52,400 bases of DNA, from assembly GCF_001194135.2 (NCBI RefSeq), contig NC_068983.1, positions 56,283,436 to 56,335,835 of the forward strand, in the 5' to 3' direction. Both the position numbers and the translations under genes were made by a program. Below are positions 1-12,168 of the stretch, piece after piece. The stretch's first letter is position 1. Every line of letters begins with the position of its first letter. The DNA is from Octopus bimaculoides (lineage: Eukaryota). The notes under the pieces are model-generated. The model searched no databases, was not told where the DNA came from, and worked only from the letters and a program-made list of their open reading frames with translations.

Positions 1-1018
1 ATATATATATATATATATATAAAATGAAAGTCTGTATACAGGTATTGACACACGCACATATATGATTCCTCTCTATCTGTTGCTCTCCTCCCCCTCTCAC
101 TCACACTTTCCCTTCTTTCTCCACTCAGTGACTTACCTCCTTTTCTCTGTCAGTGTCTCTCCTATTCTCCATTGTTTCTCTACCAATTTCTTTTCCTTTT
201 ACTTTATATATTTCTACACATACTTCCTCTCCTACTCTCTCTTTATCTATCTCCCTTTCTCCTCCATATTGTGTCAATTTCTTTCTATGTTGTTGCCTTA
301 CTTTTATTTACTTCTTCTCGTACTCTCTATCTCACACCTTCCTGTCTTTGTGCTTTCCACTTAACTCTCTATATGTTTGTTATTTTCCTGTTATAAAGAA
401 AAAGTTATTTTTCTATCCTGAGTTTTAAATTTCTCTCTCTCTCTCTAAACTTCTCACTCTCATATCATCATTATGCACATCTTCCTAATCTTTTACACTC
501 TCTTATCTCGATCACCATTTTACAACATTTTCTGTTTCTTTATATCTTTCGTTGATAGGAGAGTAAACTTTTCTTTACATCACTTGAAATCTCCCTTCCT
601 CTACTTTCATCTATGGCACAACAACACTGTCACAACCTTCCCCTCATTTTCATTCATTCATTCATTCATTCAATAATTCGTTCGTTCATTCATTGGTTCG
701 TTCATATTATTTTTCTTTTTACCTGCCACTCCTTTGTAAATCTCATATTCTTGAGTTGTAACACAGCTATCAAATTTTTTCTGCGTTCCATTTTTATACA
801 TGCACGAAAGACAAAATACATACATACATACATACATATGATAATATTGAGATGATATCTCATAGCGTGCATTTCAATGCTCCTATACATCATACAGCAG
901 GACAACTAATAGCTGTTAACAATGCACAAAAACAATTGTTGTGACTTTTTATTAAAGTCTGTTCGTTCCATCTTGTTTTATAAATTGATACACTCACACA
1001 CACGCACATATATATATA

Positions 1019-1707
1019 TTGCGTCATCTCATAAATAATGTGTTTTTTCATACTTCTTTTATTTTTCAAGATTAAGATAAACAAATTTCCTTTTAATCTA
1101 AAATATACCCTCCTTGATTTTCTACAATGCTCTTCCATCCACCTGGTAGAGTTGCAAGGCCCCTGTTGCAAAATTCACTTGTCCGTGAGGAAAAATATTC
1201 CCCCAGTACTGTTTTGACTTCTTTTTCAGAATTCATATTTTCTCCGTCCAAATGATTTTGAAGACTACGGAATAGAAGAATTCCTCTTCCTCAACTAGTT
1301 TAATGTTTCGTAGTTTCTGTTGCCAGACAGTTTGTCGTATCCTAATATCGTGAAAAGGATCGCACAACGTCTGCAAAATATAAAAGGAATTCTGTATACT
1401 CTGTACCAAACCAGTACCATTTGAAGATAAAAAGGTTCCTTGATGCCACGTATACAGACTGTTAACGGATAGACATAGAAATTCGAATGAGGAAAATAAT
1501 GGATCAATATTTCTTGTTTTGGTACGAAAGGTGAATAACCGACATATATACTTTACGGTTGAGTGATTCACAATTCCAAGTTTAAAGTTTCGTTGAAATT
1601 GATTGTGATTCATAATAATTTTGCCAATAAAATAACCGTTATTAATATGCGACGTCGACCAAATCGTCTGTACCTTGGACTGTTCGGAAATGTAATTGTC
1701 ATTGGTA
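1019..1707 (-). mobile_element. Decayed mariner transposon, internally deleted
   Basis: Minus frame 1093-1290 reads LFRSLQNHLDGENMNSEKEVKTVLGEYFSSRTSEFCNRGLATLPGGWKSIVENQGGYILD*, a mariner transposase C-terminus. Broken upstream pieces resemble EPFL..IVTG, GVNHSTV, RSGRP and RTVQRW. TIR-like end (ta)ttgcgtcatctcataaataatg at 1017-1040. Confidence 0.8.
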
Positions 1708-1709
1708 TA

Positions 1710-2255
1710 CGAGCTCTGAGCAAAACGTCTGTTGCTATGGTAACGGAGCTAAAGTACGCAGAGTGAAGCTGCTTGGCACAGGTGACCTTAAACTCTGTTA
1801 CGCATGCGTACTAAGTTATAACAATCACGTTCACTTCTGCTGTATATGTCAGTGCTCGGAAAAAAGTGTGTAAATTATGGCAGTCTCACCACACCATAAA
1901 GGATCAATCAGTGACTATGGCAAAGAAAATAGTGTGTGTGTGTGTGTGTGGGTGGGGGGAAATAATTGTGTGTTGATTAAAGTTTATTACGAACAGGAAT
2001 CTTTCCCAAAAATCAAATCCCACTTGAAAGAAAGGCTTTAAGATGCCAAGGAAATCCAAGAAAATGCTACGAGACAGCTGCTCACTATCCTATTATAAGA
2101 CGAGTTCCAGGAATGCTTCCAACAATGGAAATGACAGTGAAGGGAAAGTGTGGCTTGAGAAGTGGGTTATGTTGAAGGAGATTAAAGGCCGAATAATTAT
2201 GTGTTGCAATTTTCGTTATACATCGATAGTCTAACAAGTCTTTGATCAGACCTCG
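1710..2255 (+). mobile_element. Second mariner family element, both TIRs, internally deleted
   Basis: Left end (ta)cgagctctgagcaaaa matches the reverse complement of the right end, cgaggtctgatcaaag, at 13/16. 1995-2190 reads, with stops and shifts, FPKIKSHLK..DAKEIQENATRQLLTI..DEFQECFQQWK..YVEGD*. A (TG)n tract sits at the deleted middle. Confidence 0.8.
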
Positions 2256-2349
2256 TGAAGCTAGTGGAATAAATGGGAGGTCGTATTAGATAACTAATAA
2301 TATTTTGCTTCTTAATCTACATCATCATCATCATCATTATCATTATCAA

Positions 2350-2610
2350 CCCCTGGTCATCACGGCCCCTTGTTCTGCAATTCATAAGGTCAGCAGCACG
2401 TTTTCCATGACCTATAAGCGACAGAGGTCACAACATCTCACACCCCACTGACCGGACACCAATCTTCCGCAGGGTCACACAACTGAGTGACTCAATCAGT
2501 GTGAAATGAAATGTTTTTACTCAAGAACATAATGCACCGTCCAGTCCGGAAATTGCAACCATGGTCTTATGATCATGAGCGCAAAACCTTAACTACAAGG
2601 CCACGCGCTG
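2350..2610 (-). mobile_element. Old tRNA-derived CORE-type SINE
   Basis: Minus strand gcgcgtggccttgtagttaagg...gttgcaatttccgg head, followed by CORE-like tgttcttgagtaaaaacatttcatttcac; (ATC)n tail at 2321-2345. Confidence 0.55.
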
Positions 2611-3099
2611 TCCCAATCTACGCTTTAAGTTAAACTATACAATGAAAGGGGAGCTAATAACGATGATATGAACTTCGTTAACATAGCAAGATGTCTTTCA
2701 TCACCGATAGACATAAGGTTACTCTCAAACACGCTCCGGTTCCGGCCACACAGATGCGCTCTTCTTCCGATTCTCTCCCGGTACCTTTTCTACTTTTACT
2801 ATAACGGTCTCTGCAGCTTGGAGCTGCCAGGATGCATGTCATCTCCATTCAAGTATTCACGGGCCATTTGCCCCTCCATCTCCCATCACCCTTGCTGTGC
2901 CCAACAGCTCAGGGCACGTACTAAACACTACGCCTGATTTTTCCTCTATATAACGTTGATCCACCAGAAAACCTTTCCTACTCGTGTCTTTTTCAAGAAA
3001 TAATGTCATGAACGTCATTAGCATACAACTGTGTCTGCTATAAGTTGCCATGCATTCATAGTTAAATATTTGCTTATCACCTTACATCGAAGCTTTAAA

Positions 3100-3182
3100 T
3101 AGCTCCGATGAAGCTATAGGGTGACACAGAAGCAATCATCTATGAATGCTTCCTATCTCTCAGCAGAAACAACTGTAGGCTA
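3100..3182 (+). ncRNA. Degenerate type I hammerhead-ribozyme-like motif (Penelope pLTR type)
   Basis: tagct-CCGATGA-long stem II (gaagca/tgcttc)-GAAA-caactg-TA-ggcta. Stem I tagct/ggcta pairs; the core has U4C. Confidence 0.4.
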
Positions 3183-3329
3183 ATGAAGTTCATTATACAA
3201 TTTCTTATTCACTTGTCATTTTATTTTCTTATTAGTGCTCACTACTCGACTGGCGCTTTGTTCTGAAGCATATCTATATTGAGTTTTAACCCCAGGTTGT
3301 TATTATCGTTATGCCAAATTGAAATAATA

Positions 3330-3386
<57 letters not shown>

Positions 3387-3389
3387 ATA

Positions 3390-3740
3390 CGATCTATCTG
3401 AAATATCTATGCATCTAAAACTTTACATTTAATAGATGTTTGTAGTGCAACTAAGCAAATATGAATATTACTAACAAATATTTATGAGGGAACTACAAAT
3501 AAATAACTTAAAACAATGATAAAGAAAAAAGACAAAGGATAAAGAAAATAAATGGAAGAATCGAAGAATAAGAATCAACATAATAACAAATGTAATAATA
3601 ACGGGTTTGTTTAACATGACAAGACAATCTGGGAGGCAGTGTAAGTAATGCTCGTAAAATTTATTGATATTTACCACATATAAATAATGAATTAGAATGT
3701 TCATAGTGTTCTACTCTCTAACATCTCGTGCCAACAAACT
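3390..3740. repeat. Interspersed AT-rich repeat; copies at 7390-7730 (direct) and 8550-8620 (inverted); possibly Penelope-derived
   Basis: Shared blocks such as aaatatttatga(g/a)ggaactacaaataaat and aaaatttattgatattt(a/g)ccacat occur in the direct copies; the first block is inverted at about 8555-8590. Confidence 0.6.
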
Positions 3741-4904
3741 ATCTGAACGCTTTTCATATTCACAACAGTCTGATTCTGTGTTTAATAATTCCCAGCTGAA
3801 AGAATTTTGTCTGCATTTGAACTTACTTCAATGATATAAGCGTTCTTAATATATGTTGGGACGGAGGGAAGTGGTAAAGCATTGGACAACAAAATACCTT
3901 CAAGTAATTAGTTACGTCAGTGTGCGTTCTGAGATGAAATCTCAGCGCCGTTGGCTTTATTTCTACTCCTTTGGGAATCGTTGAAATAACTACAAGGGCG
4001 ATTTAATCAATTTCCTGGCTTTGTACCGAAGTTAGAAATCGATATATTAAGAATGCTTGAATCGATTTCCAACAAAATTGTCCTTGCACCGTATTTGAAA
4101 GGAAGCTCTGTTTAGAAGCAACTTGTGATAGTAGAATACAAATAACCGAGTGAGATGGTAAGGTCGGTGGTTATATGAATGATTGGAGTTCGATTTCATT
4201 CGAAGCCATCTCATTTATTGGAGTGTCAGATAAATTCTTTCGCTTTATCTTCCATATGTTTTCGTCCTCTTTTATCGACAATTTAAATAAATCACTTAAT
4301 ATTTTGGTTTTGGAAAATGTTTGAAAGATTTTTGGAGTGAAGTTCTGTGTTGAAACAAATTTTGTGTCTTGGGAATGTTATTATACCAATAATAACAGAT
4401 GCGTAGTGTGTGTTATTGTTGTTGGCGTAATTACCCTCCCAAAACAGTCAATAATATATTATCCATCATTGTTCCTCTAGCTTGTGAACGCCTTGGCGGT
4501 AGAAATCACCGGGTCATGACTCGTAGTTTATCGAACCGCGTTTACAGTTTCACGTCATTGTTGAACGAAATGCCTCACAGACTGTTAGAGAGCAACCGAG
4601 AAAGGCGATAATCTTAAAGGGCAATACGATGGGTGCGGTTAAAGATCCCAACAGAGATACTGAATAGTATTTTGATCAGATTAGCAATGTGATGATGATG
4701 ATGGGAATGGTGGTGAGCCTTGTCGTGTTAAACAAGCATTCTGGGTTGCCGTGTGAGTCGTTTGGACCTTAGGCGTCGAGTGAAGGTGACAGTCGACGCT
4801 ATCGTAAGAAAATCCCACTTGCTGGGTTAATTCACAAGCGATTTGGTACGGGTCCCCGTGGATGAGCTCGTCCAATGATTCTCATTGAATTGAATTGAAC
4901 AAGA

Positions 4905-5301
4905 ACGTGGAAATTCTAAAAGGTCGAAATTTTCCTCTTTCAAGACTGGAAACCGTTTTTCTGCTGTTCTTTTCGTAATCGCGCCTTCTCCGTGCTGAAC
5001 AGAAATACCGAGGCTTTGATAGCTTTGGTACCTTGACTGAAAGCGAACAGAAGTGGGTTTTTTTTTAAAATGCTCATTTTTCTCCTATTTGACATTCTAT
5101 TATCCTATGTCTGCAAAGAGGTAAAAGTTATTCAAATTTCAAAAAACCATGAACAAAAGTTGACGAGGAAGAAAAGAGTTACAAAAATTAATTACAAAAA
5201 AAAAAAAAAGCAGAACACTGAGATAAAAATATTCACGTGTTAATTCAAATAACATTGGTAAAAAAAAAAAACAACTAACGAATTTGTGTGACAACTCAAT
5301 A
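4905..5301 (-). mobile_element. Mariner 5' fragment (TIR plus transposase N-terminus)
   Basis: Minus strand reads EKNEHF..LLFAFSQGTKAIKA...HGEGAITKRTAEKRF...NFDL..PRS with frameshifts, resembling a mariner N-terminal helix-turn-helix region. TIR-like tattgagttgtcacacaaatt at 5281-5301. Confidence 0.7.
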
Positions 5302-5766
5302 CTAATCTTACACGTACCTTCTAGCTATGATGTAGTAGGCTTTCACAGCAACGTAATCTTCCAACGAGGCAGCTTAAGGATGGTTGCGAAATACTTAAAA
5401 AGCAGTACGAAATTCTATACCATTTATGCGATTACAGTGTAATTAACTGAAGAGATTTATTGCCTCAACAATTCTGCCTCTAGTACATCTTTCAATATCT
5501 CCAGACAAAAACAGCTAAGAATCACAGGACATTTAAAATCAAATGATAGATATTATTTTTATTCTAACATTGACATGGAGTTATGCTGTGGACTGCGTTC
5601 AATTTTTAGTGCATCATTATCGATCTTAAAAACATTGCTTCCTTCTTCTCGAACCACTAAGTTAGAATAGATAAGATGCCACAACATGATACGATTCAGT
5701 TTTTTGACATTAGCGCACATATAGGCACAAATATGGTCGTATGCACACACAATCATACATATTTAC

Positions 5767-5805
<39 letters not shown>

Positions 5806-6800
5806 NNNNNNNNNNNNNNNNNNNNNNNNNNNNNNNNNNNNNNNNNNNNNNNNNNNNNNNNNNNNNNNNNNNNNNNNNNNNNNNNNNNNNNNNNNNNNNN
5901 NNNNNNNNNNNNNNNNNNNNNNNNNNNNNNNNNNNNNNNNNNNNNNNNNNNNNNNNNNNNNNNNNNNNNNNNNNNNNNNNNNNNNNNNNNNNNNNNNNNN
6001 NNNNNNNNNNNNNNNNNNNNNNNNNNNNNNNNNNNNNNNNNNNNNNNNNNNNNNNNNNNNNNNNNNNNNNNNNNNNNNNNNNNNNNNNNNNNNNNNNNNN
6101 NNNNNNNNNNNNNNNNNNNNNNNNNNNNNNNNNNNNNNNNNNNNNNNNNNNNNNNNNNNNNNNNNNNNNNNNNNNNNNNNNNNNNNNNNNNNNNNNNNNN
6201 NNNNNNNNNNNNNNNNNNNNNNNNNNNNNNNNNNNNNNNNNNNNNNNNNNNNNNNNNNNNNNNNNNNNNNNNNNNNNNNNNNNNNNNNNNNNNNNNNNNN
6301 NNNNNNNNNNNNNNNNNNNNNNNNNNNNNNNNNNNNNNNNNNNNNNNNNNNNNNNNNNNNNNNNNNNNNNNNNNNNNNNNNNNNNNNNNNNNNNNNNNNN
6401 NNNNNNNNNNNNNNNNNNNNNNNNNNNNNNNNNNNNNNNNNNNNNNNNNNNNNNNNNNNNNNNNNNNNNNNNNNNNNNNNNNNNNNNNNNNNNNNNNNNN
6501 NNNNNNNNNNNNNNNNNNNNNNNNNNNNNNNNNNNNNNNNNNNNNNNNNNNNNNNNNNNNNNNNNNNNNNNNNNNNNNNNNNNNNNNNNNNNNNNNNNNN
6601 NNNNNNNNNNNNNNNNNNNNNNNNNNNNNNNNNNNNNNNNNNNNNNNNNNNNNNNNNNNNNNNNNNNNNNNNNNNNNNNNNNNNNNNNNNNNNNNNNNNN
6701 NNNNNNNNNNNNNNNNNNNNNNNNNNNNNNNNNNNNNNNNNNNNNNNNNNNNNNNNNNNNNNNNNNNNNNNNNNNNNNNNNNNNNNNNNNNNNNNNNNNT

Positions 6801-7105
6801 TGTGAGTGTTTATTGAGCGAAAACACCTAAAGCTCCACGAGGCTCCGGCAGAGGATGGTGTCGAACCCTGCTGTACTCTTCCACCACAACTTTCTCTCAC
6901 TCTTTCTTCCTGTTTCTGTTGTGCCTGTAATTCAAAGGGTCAGCCTTGTCACACTGTGTCACGCTGAATCTCCCAGAGAACTACGTTAAGGGTACACGTG
7001 TCTGTGGAGTGCTCAGCCACTTGCACGTTAATTTCACGAGCAGGCTGTTCCGTTGATCGGATCAACTGGAACCCTCATCGTCGTAACCGACTGAGTGCCG
7101 ACAAC
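6801..7105 (+). mobile_element. SINE family A (5' head lost in gap)
   Basis: Collinear with full copies at 9973, 14947 and 20529; ends aactggaaccctcatcgtcgtaaccgactgagtgcc. Confidence 0.9.
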
Positions 7106-7875
7106 GCACTTACAACATATTTTTTAAAATATCCTTTAGCGCACTTAAAGTACTTAATGACAAGGAAATAAAAACAGCATAAAATATTGCATGGTTGAAC
7201 AGTGCAAAACTTAACAGAAAGAGAGCGCTTCTAAATCACACACTAAAGACTAGATATTACAAAGATATTAAAACAAGAGATCGATGCTAATTGCAGGATT
7301 TGTGAGTAATTTGGCGACGGAATAAAAACCACTATGAGAGACATCGAAGACAACATTACAAGGCAATGTCTATATATACTGATAAAATCTCTTTGAAACA
7401 TCTAAGCATCTAAAATCTACATTTAATTGAGGTTTGTAGTGAAACTAGGTAAATATGGATATTACCGCCAAATATTTATGAAGGAACTACAAATAAATTG
7501 CTACAACAACAAGAATAGAAGAAAGGAAAGAGAAAAAGAAACGGAGAGAAAGAAATGGAAGACGATGAATAAGAATATGAAGAACAACAATATGGTTGAT
7601 TAATATGAAGTGAAATGTTGAAGGCTAACTATCTAAGTTAAACGCATAAAATTTATTGATATTTGCCACATAAACAATGAATAACAATATTCATAGTGTT
7701 TTGTTCTTTGACATCCCCTGTCGGCAGTCTATCGGAGCAGGGTTCAAGTCCACACCAGTGTAATTCTGACCTCCAATAATCACATAAGTGCAAACCAAGC
7801 AAATAAAAGCCATATCATACAGTCAAAGCCAATTGGAGAATACATATTTTGAGTCAAATGCATTAAAAGAGGGCA

Positions 7876-8381
7876 AGCTATTGGGAAAGACTCAAGAGAT
7901 TAAGACTCTATTCCTTCGAGCGTAGACGAGAAAGATATGCCATAATATACATCTGGAAGATCCTCGAAGGAATTGTCCCAAACTTTGGCATCGAAAGTTA
8001 CACAAATAAAAGAACTGGACGCCATTGCATAGTGCCAAGGACTCCAAATTTGCCATCAAGGTGTAGGACAAGATACTGCAACAGCCTGGTCCACAGCTCT
8101 TCAATATCCTCCCGAAGGACCTGAGAGACCAGCATGCGGTGGATGTAGGTGTCTTCAAGAGGAGGCTGGACCTCTTCCTGTCAGGTGTCCCAGATGAACC
8201 AACTTCACGCCAGGTGGTGCAGATGAGAGCAGCTGCATCAAACTCTCTCATGCACCAAATGTCAATTCCTGAAGTAAAATTCGTGAAGTAAAATTGTGTA
8301 GCAACACCAAATGGCGGTGCCCCAGCATGGCCACAGCTCATGAGCTGAAACTAGATAAAATGAAAATGAAAATGAAATGAA
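7876..8381 (+). mobile_element. CR1-clade LINE 3' end (ORF2 C-terminus, 3' UTR and tail)
   Basis: SYWERLKRLRLYSFERRRERYAIIYIWKILEGIVPNFG...(frameshift)GPQLFNILPKDLRD...FKRRLDLFLSGVPDEP...* with stop at 8289-8291, then a 3' UTR and (TGAAAA)n tail. The relic may begin near 7740. Confidence 0.85.
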
Positions 8382-9099
8382 ACCTGGAGGATGCACTTCT
8401 CGACATCGTCTGATGAAAAAAGCCACACGTAAGTCCTCAGACCTGAAAATTAAAATAAAAATGGTAAATGAACAGAAGACGAATATGTTGCTATTTTACA
8501 TGCATAATTTACAACAGCACTTTACAGAATATATAAATCAATTATAAACGAAGCAATATTTCCTTCATAAATATTTGGTGGTAATATCCATATTTACCTA
8601 ATTTCACCAGTTTTACTCCTGTAAAATTTGGAGAAAAAATAGTCTGTGTCTAAATGAGGTGTTGGATCCTCACAAACAAGTTAACTTAAAGCGTCAAGCC
8701 AAGAATATCATAGATCTATATACAAAATTTAGAAAAAAAGTATATATAATGAAAATACCTGTGACAAATTCAAAGAAAACAGTATAAAATAGAACGTAAG
8801 TCACAAACATAGGCCGAATACATTCAAAACATTGTAAAAAAATAGCAAAACATAATAAAAATAATCTCTTGAAATAATACAGAATACTAGCAAGCAAGAA
8901 ACACAATTAGAACGACGCGAATAGAAATATATATATAAAACGTTATTCATGGAAGAGCAATGATTAGGAGCTTTTAAAGGTGGAAATATGGAATAATATA
9001 ATAGCAGGCTTTTTTCTATACATCAACGAATATGACCCTAAATGATAATAAAACTAGGCGATAAAATAATAACAGACTTATACTCTGGCCCGTCATGAG

Positions 9100-9335
9100 C
9101 ACTAGGATTCATACGACTAGAGTTTACTCTGGGTTTTATAACGTATGAGGGAATGAGACTACAACACATCCCTCCTGAACGGGATGCCAGTACATCGTAG
9201 GCTTAAATCTAGAGCTATTGCTGGAACCCATATATAGTTCAGTAAGCTGGAACGACATGAAATTATATGATTTGCTCAAAAACACGACACACCACCGGTC
9301 CGAGAATCGAAACCATGATCATACAAAAGCTAGGC
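9100..9335 (-). mobile_element. Old CORE-type SINE
   Basis: Reverse-complement B box (gaatcgaaacc), CORE-like tgtcgtgtttttgagcaaatca, and a tail related to the 2350-2610 copy. Confidence 0.5.
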
Positions 9336-9972
9336 TGCTTTTTCATTACAGATTTCATGAAAATAGAGACGTAAATCAGAATCATCAGATTCAAACAAAG
9401 TAAAACAGTTCGAAAGTAAAGTTGATAACTCCTCAGGTCTATTCATATAGAAATATGAAAACCAAGTAAATAAAAATGGAAAAACACAAAAGGACAGGAA
9501 AGAGGAAAATGGTTGTGACAGTCATTAATGAAAGAAAACTGGAAACAAGAAAGAATGAGTCTAATCGCAAAGAAGTATGACATATCTTAAAAAAAGGAAG
9601 TGTTTTGAAATAAAAATGAACTCTTGAAGGGACTCGCGCTTGCCGAATCACAAAGAACTCGTCAGTATGAGAAGTGAATGCAATTGTTTTCATAAAACAA
9701 ACAGTTCGACTCAGAACCCAAGTGGTTTTATCAAAAACTAGAGAATATAGACATAAATGCAGAACCAATAGAAGAAGAGAATATGGACAGCAAAAGAAAT
9801 CTGCAGCACACTAAACATTTGTAAGAGGAGGTCACAGCAATTCAGGAAGAAACCCAGATACTGCAAGAACACAAAACAAATATATTGCACCAGAAATTCA
9901 TAAGTTCCTAAGCGTTTAATGAAAATGTTTTATAGTGATACAAAAGGCGCCAACAAAGATACGATATTTATT

Positions 9973-10307
9973 TGTTGGCACTCCGTCGCTTACGACGTCG
10001 AGGGTTCCAGTTGATCCGATCAACGGAACAGCCTACTCGTGAAATTAACGTGCAAGTGGCTGAGCACTCCACAGACACGTGTACCCTTAACGTAGTTCTC
10101 TGGGAGATTCAGCGTGACACAGAGTACAACAGGATTGAATTACAGGCACAGAGTACAAGAGGGTTCACCACCATCCCCTGCCGGAGCCTCGTGGAGCTTT
10201 AGGTGTTTTCGCTCAATAAACACTCATAATGCCCGGTCTAGGAATCGAAACCGCGATCCTATGACCGCGAGTCCGCTGCCCTAACTACTGGGTCATTGCG
10301 ACTCCAC
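9973..10307 (-). mobile_element. SINE family A, full length, 12-bp TSD
   Basis: tRNA-like head with A and B boxes at 10230-10305; TSD acgatatttatt at 9961-9972 and 10308-10319. Confidence 0.92.
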
Positions 10308-11153
10308 ACGATATTTATTAAACTGGAGATGATCTGGCTAGTTAAGCTAAGAGAAAATTATCTTAATCCCCAAACCTAAATAAAAAGCCAACATTTAAAA
10401 CTATAATACATAACATGTCTTTCTGAAGCTTACAAGAAAAGTCACAGAAAGTAAATAAGCAACCAGGAAGAAGACTTTGTTGAAGGATATTGGCAGGAAC
10501 GCTTTAAAGACTAATATGGCAGTAGATATCATTGAATGATAAAACTAAAGCGTATTAGGAGAGACTACGAGAAAGATTCCTTTGCGCATGACATTACACA
10601 CATAGGCTCAATGAAAATGAACGATGGACTGCAGTTATATGAAAATGGGGAATAATTTTAAGTAAGTGACAGGCAATTATGGAAATTCTGACAAAAGAAT
10701 GAGTTATTCCCCTTGAATAACTCCATCTTTCCACATCTTTACTGTGTGACGCTTATATAAGGCATACTTTACTAAATTAGATTGGTCTAGAATGCAAACA
10801 CTGTCAGTGCTTCACCAGCTACTGATGCAGATAATAAACATCTAAAAATACACTGCAGATAATACACGGATTTACGAGAGTAATTTATATAAAATTTAGA
10901 TGATAAAACCGCAGTAACGCAACCTTGGCGGAAGGCAAGTTAATCAAAATAATAATATCATAACAGAAAGGCTAATAAAACAATTGGTCAAAACTCATTC
11001 CTACATGTTTTTTATATCCTGGTGTTGGATAAATAATTTAACAAAACAGGCAGGAGAAGTATTTACACGACGCACTACGATTTCTGTTACACGAGGTTAA
11101 ACGTTCTCTGCCAACAGCTCACAGTGAACTGCTCACAGGTTTTTATTTTATAG

Positions 11154-11461
11154 CAGAGGTTCTCAGACTTTTTGGATCACCGCCTCCCTCATGGCCACAT
11201 AATACCATCGGCGCCGCCCCTAATTTTATGTATAAATAAAAGTTTTATATTTTACTAATTTATATATACTATGAACCCTTTGATATTTAACATATTATAT
11301 AATTTGTATACAATACTATAACAATATAAATTCATAAGCGTCCCCCGATCCATTGCCTTTCTCCCAATGCCTCCCTTTTCTCTACATCTTAGACACCAGC
11401 ACCCACCTCAACCCTCTCAAGGCTTACCGAGGGGCGGTAGCGCCCACTTCGAGAACCTATG
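11154..11461. mobile_element. hAT-type MITE
   Basis: Ends cagaggtttctcagac and ttcgagaacctatg form an imperfect TIR; 8-bp TSD ttttatag/ttttaaag at 11146-11153 and 11462-11469. Confidence 0.7.
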
Positions 11462-11847
11462 TTTTAAAGCAATATATCAGCCCACTTTTACTCACTGGGG
11501 GAGGGGTGTCGGAGTCCTTCCACAACAACGTTTTTATTTGATTAATAAAATATAAAGAGTACAGAACTGATATGCGACAGAACAGTTTAGCAAGACATAT
11601 TATAGATTCCTTAGATTGATATATTATATTGAGATACACAGGGAAAAGAGCTTCTAGAAACGTACATTGAGATTTAGCAGCCAACAATAGCAGTTGTATC
11701 GAGAATAATCAACTAAGTATTGATATCCAAAGCTAACAGGAATGAAAAATGATTCCTTTTACAAGTATTAATTCTCGAAGACGATGATGAAAATCTTAAG
11801 GAAAAAGAGTATCTAAATAGAAAGGTTTCGAATTAAAGATAACCAGA

Positions 11848-12168
<321 letters not shown>

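Noticed and set aside
131-200. Strong minus-strand donor AG|gtaagt at 133-140
   Set aside because: The upstream sequence is GA-rich low-complexity DNA with no credible acceptor.
1233-1613. 126-aa ORF as a gene, and LPGGW (about 1130-1150) as a WW domain
   Set aside because: Both lie within the decayed mariner transposase; LPGGW is the mariner LP.RW motif.
1731-1810. Host ciliary-gene promoter
   Set aside because: The X-box-like motif lies between the TIRs of a mariner element, so it is not evidence for a host promoter; kept only as a TE-borne motif.
5310-5520. Possible plus-strand mariner catalytic-domain fragment (EIYC-like)
   Set aside because: The similarity is too short to support.
7892-8341. 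149-aa minus-strand ORF
   Set aside because: It is the antisense shadow of the CR1 ORF2 fragment.
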